A DNA stretch of 64,000 nt from NCBI GenBank assembly GCA_021798195.1, contig JAJZYH010000004.1, positions 8,095 through 72,094 of the forward strand. The letters run 5' to 3'. Made by a program: the position numbers and the translations under genes. This DNA is from Thermoplasmata archaeon (lineage in GTDB: Archaea > Thermoplasmatota > Thermoplasmata > Lutacidiplasmatales > UBA184). Below the pieces are notes generated by a model. The model did not search any database. It saw only the letters and a program-made list of their open reading frames with translations, and had not been told where the DNA came from. Below, one piece after another: positions 36,498-44,739 of the stretch; within the stretch, counting starts at the first letter, position 1, and each line of letters begins with the position of its first letter.

Positions 36498-38414
36498 ATG
36501 GTGGTCGGCCTGACACTTTCCAGGCTAGGGAAACGATATGTAGGAACGATTGCCGCAATCGCCTGTGCGCTCATTCTAATCACCGCTGCCAGTCTTGCGC
36601 TTACCCGGACCGCCCCGCCTCCGGCTCCTCCTGCTATAAAGCCGGTCGCCGCATTCGGACCGAAACTCCTTGTCCATGAGCCCGGAGGTCGTAGCGCCCT
36701 TGCCAACAACACCACCATCAACATTCAGATCTTTTCGGCTGTCCCGAACGCGTTTCGTTCAACCGGCCTCCTCTTCTATCCGGTTTCACCACAGGACCAG
36801 TGGACCAATGGGGTAAACGAAGAACTCCTCAATGCCACACTCTTCCCGGGCAACAACACGACGGCCTTCTTCCTCGCTCCATCATTCAATACGATCGCTC
36901 AGGAGTGGACCGTTCTTCTCTCCCACGACCAGGGAAGGAATTTCCCGTCCCTAACCGTTGAGGCCGTGAAAACGGTGAACATGAGCGGCAACCTCTACCT
37001 CTACCAGTATTACAACAATCTCCCTTACAACCCGTTTGATCTCAAGGTAGTCAACCTGAACCAAACGGACCTTGCATTAGGAGGCGCCAGTTGGTTTGAT
37101 GGCACCGGGGTCAATGTTACTGACTACTCTCAAATTATCATGGCAAACCTTGAACTTAACCTGACGCTGGAATTCCCGAGCCACCCGATTCAGGTGGTGC
37201 CCGTACCCCCACCAAACTCCTTTAGAAGCGCCCACCAGATCCCCGCTGAACGTGGCCCGGCAGGCTGTGCTGTGCAAGGCGAGAGTTGTATCTACGAGTA
37301 TTACTATACCTATCCGAGCGTGACTACCAACACGCTGGTCAAGACCACGTTCGCCAACGGAACGTTACCATTGCTGGGTGTTCACATAGGACGGAACGCC
37401 GAAGGGGGCGGGTCAGTGATTGCCCTGAGCGCTGATGTCAATGTGTTGAATGATACCATCGAATTGAATTCTGTCCAACCGTATGAGAACGCTTCCGGAC
37501 AAATCACCACCACAATGAGCACATCCCCCTCGTTCGCGCACGAAGCCAACGTGAGCGTGGGCCAGGCGAATAACCAGTTTGATGCCATTCCCACCGGAAT
37601 TTCCAAGGACCTCGGGAACAACAACTCGGTCTCCTTGAATCGGACGACTGCCATTGTAGGAATCCAGGGCGTGGAGTACGAATTCCAGCACTACAAACGG
37701 GAGACCTACAACTACGTGGATTACTGGGAGAGAATGTGTTGCCCGCGTCCCAACGGTGACTGGGGTTGCTTTACCTATTTGCTTTCACAGACCGTTTCCA
37801 CAGTATATGATGGGCAATACACGGATGGCGAGATTGTCCATGTCAACTCCACGGCCGGCCTAGCCCTCCAGGCGGGGTTCATATCAATCTGGGCCGCCTG
37901 GGTCATTCAGCACACCTTGGCGAACGCAAGCAACGGAAGCGTGACGCTCACTACAAGCGGGACGGGCTCGAGCTACGAAGCCTCGACCATCTGGGCCGAC
38001 ACAAACGGTTATCTAGACGCCTCCAATGCATACAGTCAAGCTGCAAATCTGCTGGGGACCTTCTCCACCGCGCTGGGCCTGGGGCTGGCCATTGTCGATG
38101 CCTCCGCCGCGTTGAATGGAGCGGACTTTGATGCCACAGAGCCGACCGTGGTCGCAGATAGTCTCTCCCTCATTGCGGACACGATTGGAATGGCGGCGTC
38201 CGTATTGAACGCCTTCTCCTCCATCAGTGCGTACACAGGAACGCAGTCGATCACCCTTGGCTACGGATTCAGTAATGTCCCCGAAGCAGGATCAGGATCG
38301 CCATACACAATGGCCTTCTTCGAGAGTCAGAGCCCCGTGAGCTTGAGCGTGAACGGAAACACTTACTCGTTCTTCGCCCCCGAGGACTTTTTGAATGCGA
38401 CGGCGATTGCGTGA
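36498..38414 (+). CDS. secreted/anchored surface glycoprotein (S-layer-like), low-GC cargo gene of the composite element
   Basis: N-terminal hydrophobic anchor/signal (IAAIACALILITAASLALT) and more than 20 N-x-S/T sequons (NNTTIN, NATLFPGNNTT, NVTDYS, NLTLEF, NDTIELNS, NNNSVSLNRTT, NASNGSVTLTT...). The segment GC is visibly about 50% against about 68% for the flanks. An upstream AT-rich TATA-like box (ATTTAAAAG) sits about 30 nt before the ATG. Confidence 0.7.
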   Translation: MVVGLTLSRLGKRYVGTIAAIACALILITAASLALTRTAPPPAPPAIKPVAAFGPKLLVHEPGGRSALANNTTINIQIFSAVPNAFRSTGLLFYPVSPQDQWTNGVNEELLNATLFPGNNTTAFFLAPSFNTIAQEWTVLLSHDQGRNFPSLTVEAVKTVNMSGNLYLYQYYNNLPYNPFDLKVVNLNQTDLALGGASWFDGTGVNVTDYSQIIMANLELNLTLEFPSHPIQVVPVPPPNSFRSAHQIPAERGPAGCAVQGESCIYEYYYTYPSVTTNTLVKTTFANGTLPLLGVHIGRNAEGGGSVIALSADVNVLNDTIELNSVQPYENASGQITTTMSTSPSFAHEANVSVGQANNQFDAIPTGISKDLGNNNSVSLNRTTAIVGIQGVEYEFQHYKRETYNYVDYWERMCCPRPNGDWGCFTYLLSQTVSTVYDGQYTDGEIVHVNSTAGLALQAGFISIWAAWVIQHTLANASNGSVTLTTSGTGSSYEASTIWADTNGYLDASNAYSQAANLLGTFSTALGLGLAIVDASAALNGADFDATEPTVVADSLSLIADTIGMAASVLNAFSSISAYTGTQSITLGYGFSNVPEAGSGSPYTMAFFESQSPVSLSVNGNTYSFFAPEDFLNATAIA

Positions 38415-38561
38415 TATGAAGGGGAAGTGAGCCTTTAGCCCTGCGGCTACTTCCCCCGGGCCCATCTTCGACAAAGCGGCCGGTGCCTTCTCGGAGAACG
38501 TGAGTTGTAGGCACGCCTTGACAAGATTGTGGACACACTCACGTCCTGGATTCCGTGAGAC

Positions 38562-38880
38562 CTACACCACAGGCAGGTAGCGGGTAGCGCCGAGGGCGGT
38601 GAGGACCTCCTCCTGCTTGCCGGAGAGACGGGGCACCCCTTCCCGGATCGATTTCCCCGCGCTCGACCTCACCCACGGCACATTCTCGAGGAGCCGCAGT
38701 GCTTCGGAGAGGCTTTTCTCGGGGAGTTTCCGCTTCAGGGTCCGCTCCGTCCAGCTCCAGAGCAGCCAGGCCGTGTAGAGGACCGTCGCGCTCGCGTACA
38801 TCCGGTCCAACCGGTGCTTCCGGACCGGCTCGAGGTGGAGTTCCCCCTTGCCCGTTCGGAAGACCTTCTCGATCCCCTCG
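38562..38880 (-). pseudogene. C-terminal fragment of an IS4-family transposase gene (remnant)
   Basis: The translation ...RSPSPEGIEKVFRTGKGELHLEPVRKHRLDRMYASATVLYTAWLL matches the IS4-family C-terminal Y-x2-R-x3-E-x6-K signature region. It is truncated abruptly at the junction with the partial IS copy at 38880. Confidence 0.45.
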
Positions 38881-39218
38881 GGCGAGGGACGGGATGGCCG
38901 TGGCGGGCGAGTTGGGCGTAGAAGGCATGGAGGAGTTGGTCGTCGTGCAGGGCCAATACCTTCCGCTCGAGTGCGGTGCGTTTCTCCGAGGTGAGGATGT
39001 CGAGACGGCCAAGGTAGAGTTCGGTCCGGTTTCGCACGCGGGATCCGTCGCGAAAAGCTCTGGCGACAACCCAGTAATCATGGCCGCGGTTAGGGCAAAT
39101 CTCGAGGAACATGGTACCGGGACAAATGCTCTGGCGACATACCCTCCATTTCGGGTCACCACCGTCGAGATGGCAAGGACTGGCTGGTCCGGCGGCAACC
39201 CCTCGTTTGAAGCTATAG
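38880..39218 (-). repeat. partial (about 339 bp) direct copy of the IS right end, including IR-R and the transposase 5' coding region
   Basis: Near-identical to 36080-36417 (ggcgagggacgggatggccgtggcgggcgagttgggcgtagaaggcatgg...ctcgtttgaagctatag). Confidence 0.8.
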
Positions 39219-39226
39219 CGACGCAT
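39219..39226. repeat. target-site duplication, right copy (CGACGCAT)
   Basis: See 34086-34093. Confidence 0.7.
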
Positions 39227-39306
39227 CGGCATCCCCCCCGCAAACTCTTTTATAGCGTCCCCCGTGTGGAACGTGCTACTTCACTCGTGAAGTGGAGGCG
39301 TTCTAC

Positions 39307-39975
39307 ATGCAAAGTGCAATCTCCCTGCCTTCCGCCGTGACCCACCCGGACGAACTCCTCAAGGGAACCACCACGGTGGGCATGGTCTGCAAGGACGGGG
39401 TGGTCATGGCCACCGAGCGCCGGGCCACCGCGGGGACGTTCATCGCCAACAAATCCACCTTCAAGCTGTTCAAGATCGACAACCATCTGGGGATGACCAT
39501 CGCGGGGCTCGTGGGGGATGCCCAGACCCTGGTCCGGTACGCACGGGCGGAGGTCGCCCTGTACCGGCTCCGGCGCAACGCACCCATCAGCGTGGAGGGG
39601 GCCGCCTCGCTCCTCGCCAACATCCTCAACGGGAACCGCTACATGCCGTACTACGCCTGGCTCATCCTGGGCGGCGTGGACATGAAGGGAAGCCACGTCT
39701 ACTCCATCGACCCGGCGGGGGGCAGCATCGAGGACAAGTATGTGTCGGTGGGCAGCGGGTCCAGTTTCGCCTACGGCGTCCTCGAGGAGGCCTACGAGCC
39801 GGACCTCACGCTGAACGAAGGCGTGGACGTCGCCCTCCGGGCGCTCACCGTGGCCATGAAGCGGGATTCCGCGAGCGGCGACGGCTACCTCGTGGCCACC
39901 ATCTCCGAGAAGGAGTACAAGGATTTCACCGAAGAGGACATCAAGCGCCGCCTGAGCAAACTCAAGATCGCCTGA
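39307..39975 (+). CDS. psmB: proteasome subunit beta (Thr-protease precursor)
   Basis: Propeptide followed by TTTVGMVCKDGVVMATERRAT (Thr1 nucleophile). The TATA-like CTTTTATAG lies about 48 nt upstream. An alternative GTG start at 39292 exists. Confidence 0.85.
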   Translation: MQSAISLPSAVTHPDELLKGTTTVGMVCKDGVVMATERRATAGTFIANKSTFKLFKIDNHLGMTIAGLVGDAQTLVRYARAEVALYRLRRNAPISVEGAASLLANILNGNRYMPYYAWLILGGVDMKGSHVYSIDPAGGSIEDKYVSVGSGSSFAYGVLEEAYEPDLTLNEGVDVALRALTVAMKRDSASGDGYLVATISEKEYKDFTEEDIKRRLSKLKIA

Positions 39976-40049
39976 ACGCGAACCGTTTCCCGGGAGCCCC
40001 TGCCCGCAATGGGAAGGGGGCCCCAACCCGTTCTTCCCCCTCTCTCTCA

Positions 40050-41954
40050 ATGAGCTTCGAAAGCCTGATGGAACAGACGCGGGAGGTCCTCAAGGAGGTC
40101 CTCCCCGAAGGGATCGAGGTCACGGACATCGAGCTGGAAGGCCCCCACGTGGTCATCTACACGAAGCAATTGGACGCGTTCCTCTCCGGCGGGGAGCTCC
40201 TGCGCCAGGTGGCCCAGCGGCTCCACCGGCGGGTCCTCGTCCGCTCCGACCCCGGGTCCCTCGTGGACCCCAAGCAGGCGGAGGCGGTGATCCGGGAGCT
40301 GGTCCCCGCCGGGGCGGAGATCTCCCACATCTATTTCGAGCCCGAGACGGGGGAGGTGAGCATCGAGGCGGCGAACCCCGGGGCGGCCATCGGGCGCCAG
40401 GCCTCGGTCCTCAACGAGATCAAACGGCAGATCGGCTGGGTCCCCACGGTGGTCCGGACCCCTCCCATCCCCTCGAAGACCGTGGAGGAGGTGCGGACCT
40501 ACATGCGCACCGTCTTCGATGAGAGGCGGAAGTTCCTGAAGAAGGTGGGGACCCGGATCGCCCGGGACCGCCTTCCGGACAAGATCTGGGCCCGGAGCAC
40601 CGCCCTCGGGGGGTACCGGGAGGTGGGGCGGAGCGCCCACCTCCTCACCACCCAGAACTCGAAGATCCTCATCGACTGCGGCATCGACCCCGGCTCCGAC
40701 CGGACCCCGTTCTTCAATGCCCCCGAGGCGATGCCCCTCGAGAACCTGGACGCCGTGGTGGTGACCCACGCGCACCTGGACCACTGCGGCCTGGTCCCCA
40801 CCCTCATCAAGTACGGCTACACGGGGCCCGTCTACTGCACCGCCCCCACGAGGGACCTCATGGCCCTCATGCTCCTCGACGCCATCAAGGTCTCCAACCA
40901 GGAGGCGCGGCGGGGGCTCTACGACTCGTCCCATGTCCGGGAGCTCGTCGCCCACACGGTCCCCCTGCGGTGGGGGGAGACCACGGACATCGCCCCCGAC
41001 GTGCGCCTCACCCTCCACAACGCAGGGCACATCCTGGGTTCCTCCATCTGTCACTTCCACCTGGGGGACGGGGATTACAACATGGCCTATTCCGGGGACA
41101 TCAAGTTCGAGCGCACGTGGCTGTTCAATCCGGCCACCAACCGGTTCCCCCGCCTGGAGACGCTGGTGATGGAGTCCACCTACGGGGGGTACCGGGACAC
41201 CCAGCTCAGCCGGACCGCGGCGGCCGAGGAGCTGGGCCATTTCGTGGAGAAGGTGCTCACCCGTCGGGGGCACGTCCTCGTCCCGGTCTTCGCCGTGGGG
41301 CGGAGCCAGGAGGTCATGCTGGTCCTGGAGGAGAAGATGCGGGAGGGGAAGATCCCCAAGGTCCCCATCTACCTGGACGGGATGATCTTCGAGGCGACCG
41401 CGATCCACACCGCCTACCCGGAGTACCTCAACAGCCAGCTCCGGACCCAGATCTTCCAGCAGGGCGACAACCCGTTCCTCTCGGACATATTCCAGCGGGT
41501 GGACTCCAACCAGAAGCGCATGGGGATCATCGACGACCGGAACCCGTCCATCGTCCTCGCCACCAGCGGCATGATGAGCGGCGGCCCGGTGATGGAGTAC
41601 TTCCGTGCGTGGGCGCCGGACGAGCTCAACGGGATGGCCTTCGCGGGATACCAGGCCGAGGGCACCTTCGGCCGGAGGCTCCAGCGGGGGCTCCACGAGG
41701 CCACGCTCATGGACCAGGGTCGGACGGTCACCGTGCCGGTGAAGATGGAGATCACCAACTGCGAGGGGTTCAGCGGGCACTCGGACCGGGTGCAGCTCAT
41801 GAACTACGTGGCCACCCTGGAGCCCCGCCCCCAGAGGGTCCTCCTTTGCCACGGCGAGGAGAGCAAGTCCCTGGACCTCGCGTCGAGCCTGCACAAGCGC
41901 TTCGGCCTGGAGACCCGGGCCCCCTACAACCTTGAAACCGTCCGGATGATCTAG
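40050..41954 (+). CDS. archaeal CPSF1 homologue (KH domains + metallo-beta-lactamase / beta-CASP ribonuclease; transcription termination factor FttA-like)
   Basis: Two N-terminal KH-like segments, the MBL motif HAHLDHCG, beta-CASP motifs, and a C-terminal ...GHSD... region. 634 aa. Confidence 0.85.
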   Translation: MSFESLMEQTREVLKEVLPEGIEVTDIELEGPHVVIYTKQLDAFLSGGELLRQVAQRLHRRVLVRSDPGSLVDPKQAEAVIRELVPAGAEISHIYFEPETGEVSIEAANPGAAIGRQASVLNEIKRQIGWVPTVVRTPPIPSKTVEEVRTYMRTVFDERRKFLKKVGTRIARDRLPDKIWARSTALGGYREVGRSAHLLTTQNSKILIDCGIDPGSDRTPFFNAPEAMPLENLDAVVVTHAHLDHCGLVPTLIKYGYTGPVYCTAPTRDLMALMLLDAIKVSNQEARRGLYDSSHVRELVAHTVPLRWGETTDIAPDVRLTLHNAGHILGSSICHFHLGDGDYNMAYSGDIKFERTWLFNPATNRFPRLETLVMESTYGGYRDTQLSRTAAAEELGHFVEKVLTRRGHVLVPVFAVGRSQEVMLVLEEKMREGKIPKVPIYLDGMIFEATAIHTAYPEYLNSQLRTQIFQQGDNPFLSDIFQRVDSNQKRMGIIDDRNPSIVLATSGMMSGGPVMEYFRAWAPDELNGMAFAGYQAEGTFGRRLQRGLHEATLMDQGRTVTVPVKMEITNCEGFSGHSDRVQLMNYVATLEPRPQRVLLCHGEESKSLDLASSLHKRFGLETRAPYNLETVRMI

Positions 41955-41965
41955 GGGCCTCCCCC

Positions 41966-43510
41966 ATGGCGCTCCCCCGGACCTTGGTGGTGGGGTTCGA
42001 CGGGGGGACCTGGGACCTCCTGGATCCCTTGCTCTCTGCCGGCTGGCTCCCCAACCTCCGCCGGTTCCTCGCGGGGGCGCTCCGGGCCGGGTTGAGGTCC
42101 GTGGACCCCCCCGTCACGATCCCGGCGTGGTACAGCGCCATGACGGGGCTCTCGCCGGGGCAGATGGACATCTGGGGGTTCGCGAAGCCCACTCACACCC
42201 CAGGGGAGCTCCAGTTGGTCCGCACCTACCGGCCCCACGAGGCGATCTGGGACATCCTGGGACGCCGGGGCTGGCGCATCGGGGTGGTGAACTTCCCGGC
42301 GGTCCCCGCCCCGCCGGTCCATGGATACTTCGTGAGCGGCATGGTGGGGGGCACTCCCGAGGAGATGGTCTACCCCCCTGCGCTCCGGAGCGAGCTCGGC
42401 TCTCCCGTCAACCCCTGGCACCACGACCTATTCCGGACGAGGGGGGACGGGCTGCGGGCGGCCCTCGCCGAGGCCATGGAGTCGATGGCCCAGAAGGCCC
42501 GTTTCGTGGAGGGCCGGGAATCCTCCGATCCCTCCGATCTCCTCTTCGTCCTGTTCAGCGAGACCGATCGCATCCAGCACAATTTCCTCCACTCGCTCCG
42601 GCACCCTGCTCCGGAGGATCTCCGGGACGTGCGCGCTTTCTGGGGAACCCTGGATGACGCATTCGGGCGGGTCCTCGCCGCCTTCCACGGGAAAGGCTCC
42701 TCCCCGGGGTACACCTGGCTCCTCTCCGACCACGGGTTCGGACCCGCGGAAGGGTACGTGTTCACCAACCGGTACCTCATCCGGGAGGGGTACCTCGTGA
42801 AGGGCGCGTCCGCCCCCTTCCGGTGGCGCCCCTTCGTGTCGGACGTCGCGGCCCGCGTGGATGCGCTGATCCCCCTCGCCCCCTTCGTGCGCCCCAAAAG
42901 GGCGGGGGCCAGCCGGCCCCTCCCGGGGGGGTCCCTCCAGGACGGCGACGGGACGGACCAGACCTTCTCCTGGTACAGCCGATTTGTGGATTGGTCCCGG
43001 ACCCGGGCGGTGAGCTTCCCCGTCCCCGAGGCGATCTACGCGAACCACTACCGGGGGGAGATGACTCCGGAATCCCTCCGGTCCCTGCGGAAGGATCTCG
43101 CGCGGTCCTTCGCCCGATTTCCGGGAGGCGCCATCGAAGCGGTGGATCCCTCGCGCCTCTACGGGGTGGACCTGGGGCCCATGTCCCCGCTCCTCCTCCT
43201 GTCCTCCCACGGAGGGGCGTGGGAGGTGCGCGGGGACATGAACCATCTCTTCCCCCGGCTCCCCCGGCGCCCCAGCTATTTCGAGCGGGAGGGGACCCAC
43301 CGCCCCGTGGGCATCTTCGCGGTGGCGGGTCCGGGGATCCCACCGGGAACCCGATCCGAGCCCTTCCCACTCCTCGGGGTCTTCCCCCTCATCCTTTCCG
43401 CGCTGGGCGTGCGCCCCCCCGGAGCGGGAGGCGCGCCGGTCCCGGGAGATTGGGCGAAGCTCTTCCCGGTACAACCCTCGGGCCGCGGGGAAAGCCCGGG
43501 AGGCATGTGA
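41966..43510 (+). CDS. alkaline-phosphatase superfamily protein (type I phosphodiesterase / nucleotide pyrophosphatase family)
   Basis: N-terminal metal-ligand region LVVGFDGGTWDLL, VTIPAWYSAMTG, and later DHGF... resembling NPP/phosphoglycerol-transferase-like enzymes. Confidence 0.6.
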   Translation: MALPRTLVVGFDGGTWDLLDPLLSAGWLPNLRRFLAGALRAGLRSVDPPVTIPAWYSAMTGLSPGQMDIWGFAKPTHTPGELQLVRTYRPHEAIWDILGRRGWRIGVVNFPAVPAPPVHGYFVSGMVGGTPEEMVYPPALRSELGSPVNPWHHDLFRTRGDGLRAALAEAMESMAQKARFVEGRESSDPSDLLFVLFSETDRIQHNFLHSLRHPAPEDLRDVRAFWGTLDDAFGRVLAAFHGKGSSPGYTWLLSDHGFGPAEGYVFTNRYLIREGYLVKGASAPFRWRPFVSDVAARVDALIPLAPFVRPKRAGASRPLPGGSLQDGDGTDQTFSWYSRFVDWSRTRAVSFPVPEAIYANHYRGEMTPESLRSLRKDLARSFARFPGGAIEAVDPSRLYGVDLGPMSPLLLLSSHGGAWEVRGDMNHLFPRLPRRPSYFEREGTHRPVGIFAVAGPGIPPGTRSEPFPLLGVFPLILSALGVRPPGAGGAPVPGDWAKLFPVQPSGRGESPGGM

Positions 43511-43515
43511 GCCCC

Positions 43516-44739
43516 ATGGAGAGCCTCCGGTTCGCATTCATCTCCTCCCACCATCCCTCTGAAGGCGGTCAGGGGCTTGCCCACGTGGTCTCCTCGCTCT
43601 CGCAGGTCCTGGCGGGTCGGGGCCATCAGGTGACGGTCCTCTATCCGGTGTACACGCGGTCCAAGGATGCTCCGCGGGAAGAGCTCTGGAACGGGATCCG
43701 TTCCGTGCCCGTACCCTGGCACCGATTCGGGAGGCTCCCGTTCGGGAGGGACATCGAGTTCTCCTGGAATGCCGCACGGAGGCTGGATGGAGATCTCGAC
43801 ATCGTGGTGGTGAACAACGAGCACGGAGGACGCTTCGTGGTCCGCCGTTGCGAAACCCTCCGGAACGGCTCCAAGGCACGGCGGCCCGTGACCCTCATGG
43901 TCTTCCACGGGGTGGCACTCCGTTTCCTCGAGATGGGGCGCACCGATCGGCCGGACCGGCTCCGGGCGCGCCTGGGATATCGGGCCGACGCCGTCGCCTT
44001 GCGGTGGCTCGAGGGGGGCGCCGCCCGCCGCGCAGACGCCTGCGTGGCCTGCTCCCGCAAGGTGGCGCACGATGTGGCGACCCTCTACGGGGTCCCGGCA
44101 TCCCGGATCTCCGTGATCTACAACGGGGTGGACCCCACTCCGGAGCGGACACCTCCGGAGAAGAAGGAGGCCCGGGAGGAGTTGGGGATCCGCGACGAGG
44201 AGTTCTGCCTGTCCTTCCTGGCGAGGGACCCGCGGCGGAAGGGGTTCGATGTGGCCGTGGCCACCGTCCGGCTCCTGAGGGAGCGGGGGGTCCCGGCCAC
44301 GCTCCTCAACGTGGGGAACACGTGCCCGGGCTCGCCGGAGGTACGGAGCCTGGGCTCCCTCGACGCCCGAGGGAAGAGGCAGGCCCTCGCGGCCAGCGAC
44401 GTGTTCTTCCTTCCCACGTGGTACGAGGGCCTCCCGCTGGCGATCCAGGAGGCCGCCGCCATGGGGATCCCGGTGGTGACCACGCCGGAGGCGAACCTGG
44501 AGTGGGGCGTGGCGGGTCGGGATTACCTGGTGAACTCGCCCAACCGCCCCGAGGTCCATGCCGAGGCGCTCGCGTCCCTCTACCGGGAGCCGGAGCGGAG
44601 GGAGGCGATGGGCCTCAGGGGCCGGGAGACGCTGGGGGTACGCCCGTATTCTCTCCAGGCCCAGGAGTACGAGGAGTTGGGCCGGCGGATCCTGGGCGCT
44701 CCCCGGGGACGGGCCGCCGCCCTCTTCGGGTCCGGATGA
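43516..44739 (+). CDS. GT4-family glycosyltransferase
   Basis: GT-B C-terminal motif TWYEGLPLAIQEAAAMGIPVV (EX7E). The N-terminal domain FISSHHPSEGGQGLAHVVSSLSQVLAGRGHQVTV is typical of GT4. Confidence 0.75.
   Translation: MESLRFAFISSHHPSEGGQGLAHVVSSLSQVLAGRGHQVTVLYPVYTRSKDAPREELWNGIRSVPVPWHRFGRLPFGRDIEFSWNAARRLDGDLDIVVVNNEHGGRFVVRRCETLRNGSKARRPVTLMVFHGVALRFLEMGRTDRPDRLRARLGYRADAVALRWLEGGAARRADACVACSRKVAHDVATLYGVPASRISVIYNGVDPTPERTPPEKKEAREELGIRDEEFCLSFLARDPRRKGFDVAVATVRLLRERGVPATLLNVGNTCPGSPEVRSLGSLDARGKRQALAASDVFFLPTWYEGLPLAIQEAAAMGIPVVTTPEANLEWGVAGRDYLVNSPNRPEVHAEALASLYREPERREAMGLRGRETLGVRPYSLQAQEYEELGRRILGAPRGRAAALFGSG

Larger units (their letters stand above)
34094..39218. mobile_element. 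5.1-kb composite IS-bounded element: complete IS plus a cargo surface-glycoprotein gene, IS debris and a second IR-R, flanked by an 8-bp direct repeat
   Basis: IR-L at 34094 and a duplicated IR-R at 39218 are inverted copies of CTATAGCTTCAAACGAG(A/G)GGTTGCCG. The 8-bp direct repeat CGACGCAT abuts both outer ends. The interior carries a low-GC gene. Confidence 0.7.

Noticed and set aside
38539-39243. 234-aa minus-strand ORF
   Set aside because: A frame spanning the IS4-fragment and IS right-end junction. It combines unrelated remnants.
40047-41894. 615-aa minus-strand ORF
   Set aside because: Antisense to aCPSF1.
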